Assembly: GCA_964629885.1 (NCBI GenBank)
Contig: CAZVRJ010000001.1
Location: forward strand, 19,638 to 83,637
DNA from: an uncultured Chitinophagales bacterium
GTDB taxonomy: Bacteria; Bacteroidota; Rhodothermia; Balneolales; CAYWCV01
Length of the DNA stretch: 64,000 nt
Reading direction: 5' to 3'
Shown: in pieces, positions 44,637 to 53,951 of the stretch
How positions within the stretch are numbered: the first letter of the stretch is position 1
Layout of the letters: every line of letters starts with the position of its first letter
The notes under the pieces: generated by a model
What the model was told of the DNA's origin: nothing
The model's database searches: none
Seen by the model: the letters and a program-made list of their open reading frames with translations, nothing else
Position numbers and translations under genes: made by a program

Positions 44637-45760
44637 TGTAGAGATCGTACCCATATAGCTCTCTTTCCAGAATAACGCTGGGCAAGTGTGCTTATTTCCT
44701 CGTTTGTATCTAGGTTTACAAACCTTGAGTTTGTGTAAACCAAGAATGCATCGACTGGAGAGGAATCGGTTGCCGTTGGGTCAATAACCGCCACCAATAC
44801 ACCCTCAATGCTTGAAAGGCTGTCTCTGGTAGCATATATCGCCATGGCCCCCCTGTCGGTTTCGCGCCGAAGCGCCCGCTGCAACTCTTGCCAATTTCCC
44901 GATGAGGTTACGGAAGCGTATTGTAGTCTGAACCTGTTGAGGGCATCAGACGAACCCTGGTTTTGGGGAGGCACCTGGCGAACAGGTGTTTGTTCGGAAT
45001 CGTTTCTATCGTTTACAGCTGTGGTGTCGGGCTGCGATGGTTCAGAGACAGATGTGTCGGGAGCAGCGCCAGTGGTATCGGGCATTTGTACTGTGAGGGA
45101 ATCGGTTGACCCATTTGTGTTTGACAAATCGAACACTCTGCCACCCCACATGAAATATGCTGCAACAAAAACAGCAATTACGCCAAGAGTTGCGACACCT
45201 GTAGCTGATGTTGGACTAAAGTGATACCTCGGCTTCTCGTCAAGATCGATGCAGAACAGCTCGACGGGTTTTTGGATACTCTTTAACCTCTGTGGACCCA
45301 ATCTGCGGATCGTAAGGTCGATCTTGTTATAAATCTGGTCGTAAACCGATCTGGTGATGACAATTTCGCCGGGCTGAGCCTGAGTGTATATTCGGGATGC
45401 AAGGTTTACACCATCACCATAAACGTCGTTCGACTCAAATACCACGTCGCCAATATGGAGTCCAATTCTGACTTGAATCTTTCGCTCGTTGGCAACAGAT
45501 CCATTGTACTGACGGAGCTCACGCTGGATTGCAATAGCACATCTCGCAGCCTGAAGGGCACTTTGAAACTCCACCAAAAAGGCATCGCCCATGGTCTTAA
45601 TTTCATTGCCCCCAAGCGACCTGAAGATGGGTCGAAGCATTTCGCGGTGCAGCTGCAACAGTTCGAGAGCCAACTCTTCGTTACGCTGTGTCATGGCACC
45701 GTATCCGACTACGTCGGTGAACATGATGGCAGTAAGTCTACGCTCAGCCGAAGACAACAT
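44633..45760 (-). CDS. Membrane-anchored class III adenylate/guanylate cyclase
   Basis: 375 aa. RRLTAIMFTDVVGYG (metal Asp), IKTMGDAFLVEF (second metal Asp and purine-contacting Lys), RIGLHIGDV, GDGVNLASR. Then one TM segment (GVATLGVIAVFVAAYFMWGG) and a ~150-aa C-terminal ectodomain of unknown type. Confidence 0.85.
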   Translation of the reverse strand: MLSSAERRLTAIMFTDVVGYGAMTQRNEELALELLQLHREMLRPIFRSLGGNEIKTMGDAFLVEFQSALQAARCAIAIQRELRQYNGSVANERKIQVRIGLHIGDVVFESNDVYGDGVNLASRIYTQAQPGEIVITRSVYDQIYNKIDLTIRRLGPQRLKSIQKPVELFCIDLDEKPRYHFSPTSATGVATLGVIAVFVAAYFMWGGRVFDLSNTNGSTDSLTVQMPDTTGAAPDTSVSEPSQPDTTAVNDRNDSEQTPVRQVPPQNQGSSDALNRFRLQYASVTSSGNWQELQRALRRETDRGAMAIYATRDSLSSIEGVLVAVIDPTATDSSPVDAFLVYTNSRFVNLDTNEEISTLAQRYSGKRAIWVRSLQ

Positions 45761-45826
45761 GGCCCTTACATTTAGAATGATACTTTCTTAACCAGATAAG
45801 ATACGAAATCCAAGGCTCACTTGCCC

Positions 45827-46837
45827 TTAAGCTCGTTTTCTGGTTCGGCTGACATAAAGAAGCACGACAGGGGTCGTAAGCATGACCGTCACAAACACCA
45901 GTGCGTGTGAGGCAAGGGCATACGTGAAGCCAGCAATTTCCGGTATGCCGTATAGTATATAAAGGCTTTTTTGGACAAAAAGGTGGTAGGTTCCGATTCC
46001 ACCAGGCGATGGAATAACGACACCCACCGACGAAACAACCGTGATCACCAAAGCCTCGATAAGCCCTAAATATTCCATACCACTGCCAGGCAACATCGAG
46101 AAAGATACACCAGCCATAGCGACGTAACAGCCCCAAAGTCCAACCGTCAAAAGCAAAAACCTGACTGGGTGCTGAATATTTCTGATTGATAACAAACCAT
46201 CCTTGAAGTGGGTACCAAAAGTGATCAACCGCTCTCGAAACGACCTAATTTTGTCGTGCTTTTCAGCCAGTTTGCCAAGTGCCCACCAAGCTACTGTTGC
46301 AATAACTATGCCTGAAATTGCCATAACCGCCAATCGCAGATATAAGCCGCTCAGTTCATCGCTGGCGTCTAGTCCAAGCAAGTCAACAATCAGTTTTGAA
46401 TCTGTGAATACAAAGAAAAAGACAACCAACAACAGAGCCACTAGCACCATCATGTCAATAATTCGTTCGAGCACCACTGTACCCATTATGGCCGCGACAG
46501 GCTTGTCTTCCTTCTTTGCAACGTAATAGCATCTGGTAATCTCGCCCAATCGCGGGACGGCGTAATTCACGGCATAACCGTTCATCACTCCTGCAAGCAG
46601 CACACGTCGACTCGATGGAATTCGGTCATGCTCAGCCAATAGCTTCCATCTCTCCATGCGAAGCCAGAAACTGGCTAACGTGAGACCCACGAAATACACA
46701 ACCCAGCCTGTCTGGATCTGCGACCACGTTTCGCCGACCTCACCAATATCTATGCTGCGAATGGCCAACCACAAGAAAGCTCCACCAATAAGTATACTGA
46801 TGGAGATCTTGACGATGTTCTTCGTTACGGTATTCAA
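45827..46837 (-). CDS. Lysylphosphatidylglycerol-synthase TM-region (flippase-like, UPF0104) family membrane protein
   Basis: 336 aa and polytopic. …RMERWKLL…, …NYAVPRLGEITRCYY… is the family motif. There is no C-terminal aminoacyl-transferase domain. Confidence 0.7.
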   Translation of the reverse strand: MNTVTKNIVKISISILIGGAFLWLAIRSIDIGEVGETWSQIQTGWVVYFVGLTLASFWLRMERWKLLAEHDRIPSSRRVLLAGVMNGYAVNYAVPRLGEITRCYYVAKKEDKPVAAIMGTVVLERIIDMMVLVALLLVVFFFVFTDSKLIVDLLGLDASDELSGLYLRLAVMAISGIVIATVAWWALGKLAEKHDKIRSFRERLITFGTHFKDGLLSIRNIQHPVRFLLLTVGLWGCYVAMAGVSFSMLPGSGMEYLGLIEALVITVVSSVGVVIPSPGGIGTYHLFVQKSLYILYGIPEIAGFTYALASHALVFVTVMLTTPVVLLYVSRTRKRA

Positions 46838-46858
46838 CTATCAGGAATTAGTGCAAAC

Positions 46859-47488
46859 TTAATTCCTAAGGTCGATAATTTCTGCCGATTTCGGATAATT
46901 TAACGTGAACACCTGTGCATCTGGCTTCAGAAACGTTCCGAACGAAAACCTTGAGATGATAACGTTTCCGCTTTGATCCACGGCAGTGATTCGGATAGGC
47001 AATGCCTTGTCGTCCAACTCAATTTCTATAGCACTGAATAGGGCAAATGGGTCCTGCGACGTCATTACCACAACGCTGTTTCTGCCGTTGTTTGGGCCGT
47101 TCTTGATGGTATACTCTTTTAATGATCCATGCAGAAACCGCGATGGTGAGTAATCGTCCTCATCCGAATTGTATGGACTGATGATTACCTGGTTTTTTTC
47201 CGAATTATACACATGCGAGGAGTTGCCATCTACGATTACCAATCCGGATCTCATCGACAGCTTGTAGCGGTCTTTATCAATCCATACCTCGCCAAGTGTT
47301 GTGAGTGTGTCGCCGGTGTACGAATCGATGAATGAATGATTCAACTGCGAGTGAAACAATTCACCACTGGCAAAACGTGAGCGCAGCGTGTCGAACATTT
47401 TGTTTCCTGTCGACTCGCCTTGAGCAAGTACCTGAAGTGGCATGAATACAGAAACTACCACCAAAATGGCAATTAATTTACATCTCAT
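46859..47488 (-). CDS. lolA: LolA-like outer-membrane lipoprotein carrier protein
   Basis: About 209 aa from the ATG at 47488 (MRCKLIAILVVVSVFMPLQVLAQ). This follows the classical ftsK-lolA synteny and has LolA-like length and strand pattern. The ORF track's longer start (47617) lies inside ftsK. Confidence 0.65.
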   Translation of the reverse strand: MRCKLIAILVVVSVFMPLQVLAQGESTGNKMFDTLRSRFASGELFHSQLNHSFIDSYTGDTLTTLGEVWIDKDRYKLSMRSGLVIVDGNSSHVYNSEKNQVIISPYNSDEDDYSPSRFLHGSLKEYTIKNGPNNGRNSVVVMTSQDPFALFSAIEIELDDKALPIRITAVDQSGNVIISRFSFGTFLKPDAQVFTLNYPKSAEIIDLRN

Positions 47489-50015
47489 CGAGGTCGCGAA
47501 GATGTTGCTCCAGTTCCTCTTCGTCGGCAATAAGTACCTGCCTAGCTGAGCTACCTTGGTACTTGCCGACAATTCCGGCGTTGAAGAGTTGATCAATAAT
47601 ACGGCCTGCACGTCCATAGCCTACCTTTAGCTTTCGTTGAAGTAAGGATACTGACCCCTGCTGATGTAGTACCACAACTTTTGCCGCTTCCTCAAATAAC
47701 GCATCCCGATCTTCCAAGACAGATTGATTGCTCGACTCTCCATTCGGATCTTCCACCACTGGTAACATGTACCTACGGTCGTAACCGCGTTGGTTTCCGA
47801 TGAATGAAGTGATGCGCTCGACCTCCTCAGTTGAAACGAATGCGTTCTGGATGCGGATCATGGGACCACCAGCCGAGAACAGCATGTCTCCACGTCCAAC
47901 GAGTTGGTCGGCACCCATAGTATCTAGGATAGTGCGCGAGTCAACTTTAGATGCAACCTTGTAAGCAATACGGGCCGGAAAATTGGCCTTGATGGTGCCC
48001 GTAATCACGTTTACCGACGGACGCTGTGTGGCAACCACAAGGTGGATGCCAACTGCACGGGCAAGCTGTGCAATTCGGGCAATCGGTTCCTCGATCTGCT
48101 TCCCAGCAGTGATCATGAGATCGGCCAATTCATCAATTATCACAACGATGTACGGAAGGAACTTGTGGCCTAAGTCGGGTTCAAGTTGACCTGCCTTGTA
48201 TTTGATATTATAGGCTTTAAGGTCGCGTACCATCGCCATTTTAAGCAAGTCGTAGCGCTCATCCATCTCTTTACAGACACTGTTCAAGATTTCGAGGACC
48301 TGAGAAGTATCGGTTATGATGGCCTCTTCAAAATGCGGCAACGTGGCCAAGAAATGATTCTGGATGTTCTGATACAGCGACAGCTCGATTTTCTTAGGGT
48401 CGACGAGGACGAACTTCAAGGTCTCGGGGTGGCACTTGAAAAGAAGACATGCCAAGATGGTGTTGATACCTACCGACTTACCAGAACCTGTTGCACCTGC
48501 AATGAGAAGGTGGGGCATTTTGGTGAGGTCGATCATGAAGACCTCGTTCTCGATGGTCTTTCCGAAGGCGACCGGTAAATCCATGTCGGTTTCCACAAAC
48601 TTGCGCGTATTGATTACCGACCGGGCAAAGACAACCTCTCGTTTATGATTTGGCACCTCGATGCCAACCATAGCCTTTCCTGGTATCGGGGCAATGATCC
48701 TCAGGCCGTGCACTGCCATTGCCATCTTCAGGTCGTCGGCATAGCTCTCAATACGGCTGATCTTCACATCGGGGGCAGGTGTAAGCTCGTAAAGGGTGAC
48801 CGTCGGACCCACAATGGCGTCGATGCTGATAATATCAATGCCGTGCCTACCCAGCTTATCGAGAATGATCTGCTTTTTTTCGTCAATTTCGGCGTAATCG
48901 ACCGACTTACCCTCATTCGGCGGCGTGTCGAGCAAATCGATGGTTGGAAAGCTGTATTTGATATCGGGAACAGTGCGCTCGAGATCTTTTTGGCGACGCG
49001 ACAGCTCATCGTCGGAGGCTTGCTCATCGCCTTCACCAATAAAAACTTTAACCTCGACTCCGTCCGTTTTGGTCACAATTTCGCGTTCCGGCTTGTCGAG
49101 TATCGCTCGTGGGGGTTGTGCATCTAATTCGGCTTGTGCCGCCAGTTCGGCTACTCTGCGCTCTTCGGCTCTGCGCTTCGAGTCGGCAATCCTAGCCTGA
49201 ATAGCAGCTTCCCTCTCTTCTTCTATGCTCGGTTTTTTACCGTTTGCACCGTTGATTGCGACATCCGGTTCGTCGGGACTTACTTGGCGTCGTGTCGGTT
49301 TTGAAACGGGCTCGTCCTCGAAGGTGGCTGATCGCACTTTGTCCTTCTTTTCCATTTCGGCCAGCTCGGCCTTGGCCTTGGCTTTCTCTTTGCGATTTAT
49401 ATTCCACGCCTTGATTCGGTCGATCATGCCTTGAACATCCTTGTCAATAACAAAAAGACCTGTAACTAGTACCAGCAATCCCAATATGATTGGTGTTCCA
49501 ACATCACCGGTAAATTGCTGCAGCAATTTCGATATCGACGCGCCAACGGCACCGGCCCATTTCAAGCTTAGTGCCTCGCCGGCCTCAAACCAATTAATAA
49601 TATACCCAGCAATCGTAGAGAATAAGAACAACAGATAGGTACCAAGCATGGTTATACCGTTCAGGTGTAACAACGGCTTGCTTCTGAAAACGTACCATCC
49701 GTAAAGTAAACCGAGCATGGGGATTATGAGGCTGAAGTAGCCAAAGCCATTTCTGACGAATCCATGCGATATCCAAGCACCCAAAACACCGAGACCGTTC
49801 TTTACACGCTGCGATTCTTCAGCACCGGATGTTAATCCACCAAAACCCAGGGCTTCGATATGTGCCTGGTCCCCATCGCTGTAAGTCACGATGCTTACGG
49901 AAATTAGTATCGATATACCAATGATGACAATACCGAGTATCTCCAGCTTTCGCTGGTGCGATAGTCCTGATAATGCTTGGTCTTTGACCGTTTTTCTGTT
50001 CTTGCGCTTCTCCAT
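47478..50015 (-). CDS. ftsK: DNA translocase FtsK
   Basis: 845 aa. N-terminal 4-TM domain, charged linker, motor domain with Walker A GATGSGKS and …IVVIIDELADLM…, and a C-terminal gamma winged-helix (…LLQRKLKVGYGRAGRIIDQL…). Confidence 0.95.
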   Translation of the reverse strand: MEKRKNRKTVKDQALSGLSHQRKLEILGIVIIGISILISVSIVTYSDGDQAHIEALGFGGLTSGAEESQRVKNGLGVLGAWISHGFVRNGFGYFSLIIPMLGLLYGWYVFRSKPLLHLNGITMLGTYLLFLFSTIAGYIINWFEAGEALSLKWAGAVGASISKLLQQFTGDVGTPIILGLLVLVTGLFVIDKDVQGMIDRIKAWNINRKEKAKAKAELAEMEKKDKVRSATFEDEPVSKPTRRQVSPDEPDVAINGANGKKPSIEEEREAAIQARIADSKRRAEERRVAELAAQAELDAQPPRAILDKPEREIVTKTDGVEVKVFIGEGDEQASDDELSRRQKDLERTVPDIKYSFPTIDLLDTPPNEGKSVDYAEIDEKKQIILDKLGRHGIDIISIDAIVGPTVTLYELTPAPDVKISRIESYADDLKMAMAVHGLRIIAPIPGKAMVGIEVPNHKREVVFARSVINTRKFVETDMDLPVAFGKTIENEVFMIDLTKMPHLLIAGATGSGKSVGINTILACLLFKCHPETLKFVLVDPKKIELSLYQNIQNHFLATLPHFEEAIITDTSQVLEILNSVCKEMDERYDLLKMAMVRDLKAYNIKYKAGQLEPDLGHKFLPYIVVIIDELADLMITAGKQIEEPIARIAQLARAVGIHLVVATQRPSVNVITGTIKANFPARIAYKVASKVDSRTILDTMGADQLVGRGDMLFSAGGPMIRIQNAFVSTEEVERITSFIGNQRGYDRRYMLPVVEDPNGESSNQSVLEDRDALFEEAAKVVVLHQQGSVSLLQRKLKVGYGRAGRIIDQLFNAGIVGKYQGSSARQVLIADEEELEQHLRDLDEM

Positions 50016-50022
50016 AGCAAGA

Positions 50023-50748
50023 CTAAGGTACGATAATACCGTCTTTCATGTATGGCACTATCGTTATACTGTCGAGTTGGCTACAGTATGAGATGTCGTT
50101 CGGGTCTGCAATATCTTTCAAGCGGATGGCATGGTTGCTTTGCGAAACGGCTGCCTCAATATCGCTTGAGTACTTTTGGTACAATACATGGGCAAGTTTT
50201 GCCCCATCGGTTGCATCCTCACGGAGCACTCCCTCGCTCAGTCTGTCGATGATTAGTCCGGCACACAGCATATCTTCGAGCGAAAACCGCGATTTCCACC
50301 CAGCGCAAATTATGATGATATCGCCTTCGCCGTTACGCAATTCATCGACCACAGCGGCGGCGTTCAAGAAGCATCCTATCAAAATCTTGCGGGCAAGCGA
50401 TGCCCTCGTTACGGCCTTGGTACCATTGGTCGTGTTCATGATCATTGTTTTGCCGTCTACCACTCCCCTCGAATACTCCATGGGGGAATTCCCAAGTTGG
50501 TAGCCATCAATTTTGCGACCATCCTTTTCGCCACACAAGAGAACGCTCTTGGGATCTAGGTTTGCGGCAATTTTGCTAGCTGCTGACATATCCTCGACGG
50601 CGATGATGCCTTTGGCACCGTTGATCAACGCCGTGACCATACTAGAACAGGCACGTAACACATCGATGACTACAACGGTCTTATTGCGGACCTCTTCTTC
50701 TTGAAACGACAGAGCCGTCGAGAATACATCAATCTGATAATCTCTCAT
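50023..50748 (-). CDS. comB: 2-phosphosulfolactate phosphatase family protein
   Basis: …VVVIDVLRACSSMVTALINGAKGI… and …GEKDGRKIDGYQLGNSP… are ComB (PF04029-type) motifs. The ATG at 50748 overlaps the gcvT TGA in an ATGA junction. The ORF track extends to 50838. Confidence 0.85.
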   Translation of the reverse strand: MRDYQIDVFSTALSFQEEEVRNKTVVVIDVLRACSSMVTALINGAKGIIAVEDMSAASKIAANLDPKSVLLCGEKDGRKIDGYQLGNSPMEYSRGVVDGKTMIMNTTNGTKAVTRASLARKILIGCFLNAAAVVDELRNGEGDIIIICAGWKSRFSLEDMLCAGLIIDRLSEGVLREDATDGAKLAHVLYQKYSSDIEAAVSQSNHAIRLKDIADPNDISYCSQLDSITIVPYMKDGIIVP

Positions 50749-51845
50749 GATTTCTTGACAAATGGTGGTTTTTGAGTCGTGGCGGGCATTAGCTTGCCAC
50801 GTATATCGATAGCTATGGGTTGTCCGGGTTTTGACCAAGAAAGATCAACATAGGCCATTCCGACGCCTTTCGAGAGGGTTACAGACTGGGTGCCGCTGGT
50901 CACTTCTCCGATTTGTTCGCCTTCCGGATTACGTACAATATAATGGGATCTTGGGATGGCTTTCTCATCTTCCATCAGGAAGCCGGTCAGTTTTCGGGAT
51001 ATTCCTGCTTCTTTCTGCGATAAAAGGGCTTCCCGTCCGACAAAATCTCCTTTTTCTAGCTTGGTTATCCAAGCTAAACCTGCTTCAAGTGGAGAGGTTG
51101 TGTCCGATATATCGTTTCCGTAGAGTGCATATCCCATTTCGAGGCGAAGGGTGTCGCGCGCGCCAAGCCCACACGGCTTAAGCCCAGTGCTGGTACCAGC
51201 ACCCATAATGGCGCTCCAAATCGCAGCGGGATCCGTTTGATTCACGTCAAAATAAATTTCAAATCCAGGCTCTCCAGTATAACCTGTAGCAGAGACTATC
51301 ACATTGTCGAAACCGGCAACATTGCCGACCGCAAAGTGGTAATAAGCGATTGAGGCAAGATCGATGTCTGTGATCTTAGACAAGATCTCTTCTGACTTTG
51401 GTCCCTGAAGTGCCAAAAGGGCGTAATCATCCGATTTGTCGTCAATCACAACGTCGTCAGCTTGGTGCTGCTTCATCCAGGCAACGTCTTTATCGCGGTT
51501 GGAGGCGTTTACGACCACCATGTAACTATCATCGGCAAGCATGTAGATGATGAGATCGTCGACGATGCCTCCGTTTGGATAGCACATCGCCGAGTACTGC
51601 GCCTTACCCGGCACGAGTTTCGATACATCGTTAATGGTGATGTACTGCAGGTATCGCAGCGCACCCGAGCCGCTCACAAAAACTTCACCCATGTGGCTCA
51701 CATCAAATATCCCGGCATTTTCCCTTACAGCGGCATGCTCAACCTTGATTCCTTCGTATTGGACTGGCATTTCGAATCCACCGAAGTCGATGAGTTTGGC
51801 ACCGGCGTTTTTGTGCATCTCGTAGAAGGGAGTTCTTTTTAACAT
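50745..51845 (-). CDS. gcvT: Glycine cleavage system aminomethyltransferase (T protein)
   Basis: MLKRTPFYEMHKNAGAKLIDFGGFEMPVQYEGI…DVSHMGE… is the canonical GcvT N-terminus. The start at 51845 is preferred over the ORF-track start at 51893. Confidence 0.95.
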   Translation of the reverse strand: MLKRTPFYEMHKNAGAKLIDFGGFEMPVQYEGIKVEHAAVRENAGIFDVSHMGEVFVSGSGALRYLQYITINDVSKLVPGKAQYSAMCYPNGGIVDDLIIYMLADDSYMVVVNASNRDKDVAWMKQHQADDVVIDDKSDDYALLALQGPKSEEILSKITDIDLASIAYYHFAVGNVAGFDNVIVSATGYTGEPGFEIYFDVNQTDPAAIWSAIMGAGTSTGLKPCGLGARDTLRLEMGYALYGNDISDTTSPLEAGLAWITKLEKGDFVGREALLSQKEAGISRKLTGFLMEDEKAIPRSHYIVRNPEGEQIGEVTSGTQSVTLSKGVGMAYVDLSWSKPGQPIAIDIRGKLMPATTQKPPFVKKS

Positions 51846-51867
51846 GTTACGTTCGTATGATTGATAG

Positions 51868-52233
51868 TTAATTTTCGTCTCGTCCAGCTTCACTTACCGA
51901 AAAAGCTGGTGTGCATATTGCCCAATACTCACATTCATCGTCGAAGGGGTTGGCATATTGCACCCTAACCCCCTTGTTGATGTATATAGACTGCCCAGCA
52001 CCTATTTCTACTGCGTTAGATTCGTCAATTGTAATTCTCATTCGTCCTCTTACGATAATCGTCACCTCGTCGAATAGTGGCGTCTGAGTTGGCTCAGTCC
52101 AACGGGGAGGAGCAATCATGTGCGCAACAGACACATGTGTGTGACCTGTCGACGCTATACCTACATGCTCTTCTATCAATTTGTTCCCTGGTACTGGTAT
52201 TACAGTAGGCTTTTCCTGGATCGTGTAATTCAT
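51868..52233 (-). CDS. Cupin domain protein
   Basis: 121 aa. Small beta-barrel pattern (…HTHVSVAHMI…, …EIGAGQSIYINKGVRVQ…) consistent with cupin_2. Confidence 0.65.
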   Translation of the reverse strand: MNYTIQEKPTVIPVPGNKLIEEHVGIASTGHTHVSVAHMIAPPRWTEPTQTPLFDEVTIIVRGRMRITIDESNAVEIGAGQSIYINKGVRVQYANPFDDECEYWAICTPAFSVSEAGRDEN

Positions 52234-52361
52234 TAGAATAGTTCGGAATGACGATGAATGAGCACAAATTTACGACCTATCGGGCGATTCTCTATGAGTA
52301 AAATCGCCATTCCGTTTATTGATTGGCTCGATTTGAATGAATATGGAGGAGTAAAGGTTTG

Positions 52362-52369
52362 TATCTTTG
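52362..52369 (+). promoter_or_regulatory. Candidate Bacteroidota-type -7 promoter box (TAnnTTTG) for mrp
   Basis: TATCTTTG lies 30 nt upstream of the ATG at 52399. It sits inside the ORF-track N-terminal extension, which supports the shorter gene model. Confidence 0.3.
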
Positions 52370-52398
52370 ACAGTAATTATAAACGCAGAATACCAATT

Positions 52399-53490
52399 AT
52401 GTCATTATCTGTAGAAAGTGTTCGTGATGCTCTTAGCAATGTTATCGAACCAGACTTGGGGCAAGATCTCATCACGCTTAACATGGTCTTCGACATTGAG
52501 GTAAGTGGGAAGGACGTGTCCTTTACCGTCAACCTCACAACACCTGCCTGCCCCCTCAAAGCAGAGATTGAGCGCGCTTGTATCAATGCTGTGAAACACC
52601 TTGTTGATATCGATGCCAACGTGACCGTCAATATGACGGCGAACGTACAGAAGGCTCGCATTGAGGGTCAGGGAGACCAGACCTTGGTGAGCGAGGTGGC
52701 AAACATTATCGCGGTTGCTTCTGGTAAAGGTGGCGTTGGGAAGTCGACCGTGGCCGTGAATTTAGCCATTGCACTGGCACAGGCTGGTGCGAAGGTTGGC
52801 CTTGTCGATACCGATATCTACGGACCCAGCATCCCTATGATGTTCGGCATAAACGAGCGTCCCGATATAAGTGTCCGCCGCAAGATCGTGCCCCTTGAGA
52901 AGTATGGTGTAAAAATTCTGTCGATGGGTTTCATGGTCGATCCCGACCAAGCCGTTATTTGGCGTGGACCGATGGTTTCGAGTGCCGTTCGCCAATTTCT
53001 GAGCGATGCGGAGTGGGGCGATTTAGATTACCTGCTATTAGACCTTCCACCGGGCACAGGCGACATCCAACTCACCATTGTGCAAAATGTACCTCTTACG
53101 GGTGCCATCGTTGTGTCGACTCCACAAGACGTGGCTCTCGAAGATGCCCGCAAAGGGGTCGCGATGTTCAAGAAAGTGAACGTACCCATTTTGGGCATCG
53201 TCGAAAACATGGCGTGGTTCATGGATCCTGCCGGCAACAAGCATCACATCTTCGGTAAGGACGGTGCCAGAAAGCTAGCAGAAAAACTTGAGATTCCATT
53301 CTTAGGCGAAGTTCCTCTCGAGCAGAGCGTGCGCGAGGGTGGCGACGAGGGCGTTCCGGTGGTGTTGCGCAATCCGGAGTCGGCTGGCGCAAAGGCCTTG
53401 GTCGAAATTTCGGAAAAGGCTGCCCAATCGATTTCAATACGAAACGCGTCTCTTCCTGCCACTAAGAAGATCGAAATCCTCTTCCGCTAA
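52399..53490 (+). CDS. mrp: Mrp/NBP35/ApbC-family iron-sulfur cluster carrier ATPase
   Basis: MSLSVESVRDALSNVIEPDLGQDL (DUF59/MIP18 N-domain), deviant Walker A ASGKGGVGKST, and …LLLDLPPGTGD…. The start at 52399 is preferred over 52258. Confidence 0.9.
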   Translation: MSLSVESVRDALSNVIEPDLGQDLITLNMVFDIEVSGKDVSFTVNLTTPACPLKAEIERACINAVKHLVDIDANVTVNMTANVQKARIEGQGDQTLVSEVANIIAVASGKGGVGKSTVAVNLAIALAQAGAKVGLVDTDIYGPSIPMMFGINERPDISVRRKIVPLEKYGVKILSMGFMVDPDQAVIWRGPMVSSAVRQFLSDAEWGDLDYLLLDLPPGTGDIQLTIVQNVPLTGAIVVSTPQDVALEDARKGVAMFKKVNVPILGIVENMAWFMDPAGNKHHIFGKDGARKLAEKLEIPFLGEVPLEQSVREGGDEGVPVVLRNPESAGAKALVEISEKAAQSISIRNASLPATKKIEILFR

Positions 53491-53502
53491 AGAGAACAGA
53501 AA

Positions 53503-53542
53503 AAGGGGACAGGCGATACCAGTAGGCATCTTCTGTCCCCTT
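53503..53542. terminator. Hairpin between the convergent mrp and rplS genes (candidate bidirectional terminator)
   Basis: aaggggacag (53503-12) pairs with ctgtcccctt (53533-42) across a 20-nt loop. An A-run lies on the 5' side and a T-rich tract on the 3' side. Confidence 0.5.
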
Positions 53543-53576
53543 GTCTATTTCTGACCCGAGATTTGGGCAATCGCTC

Positions 53577-53924
53577 TTAGCGCTTCTGACCCTTTTCGCG
53601 GATACGAGCTGCTTTACCCTTGAGACTACGCAGATAGAACAACTTGGCACGACGAACGCGTCCACGCTTCTTGATGTCGATCTGAGCAATGTAGGGCGAA
53701 ACTATTGGGAAGATACGCTCAACACCCACGTTGTTGGAGATCTTACGAACCGTGAATGTGCGGCTTGCGCCTGCGCCACGGATTGAGATCACAACACCTT
53801 CGTACTGCTGAATACGCTCTTTTTCGCCTTCACGCACACGGTAGTGGATATTTACGGTATCGCCAGGATTGAATTCAGGCAATTCGCGTGCCTGGGTATT
53901 GTCGATAAGTTTGATGATGTTCAT
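53577..53924 (-). CDS. rplS: 50S ribosomal protein L19
   Basis: 115 aa. …[33 protein letters not shown]…TFTVRK… is the canonical L19 pattern. Confidence 0.95.
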   Translation of the reverse strand: MNIIKLIDNTQARELPEFNPGDTVNIHYRVREGEKERIQQYEGVVISIRGAGASRTFTVRKISNNVGVERIFPIVSPYIAQIDIKKRGRVRRAKLFYLRSLKGKAARIREKGQKR

Positions 53925-53951
53925 CGTTTCTTCCTTAACTGGCTGGGCTGT

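Noticed and set aside
44633-45760. The cyclase as part of a cyclic-nucleotide antiphage system (Pycsar- or CBASS-like).
   Set aside because: It is a class III cyclase with its own TM and ectodomain. No cNMP-binding effector, TIR, patatin, nuclease or CD-NTase gene is adjacent. Its neighbours are exported structural-looking proteins.
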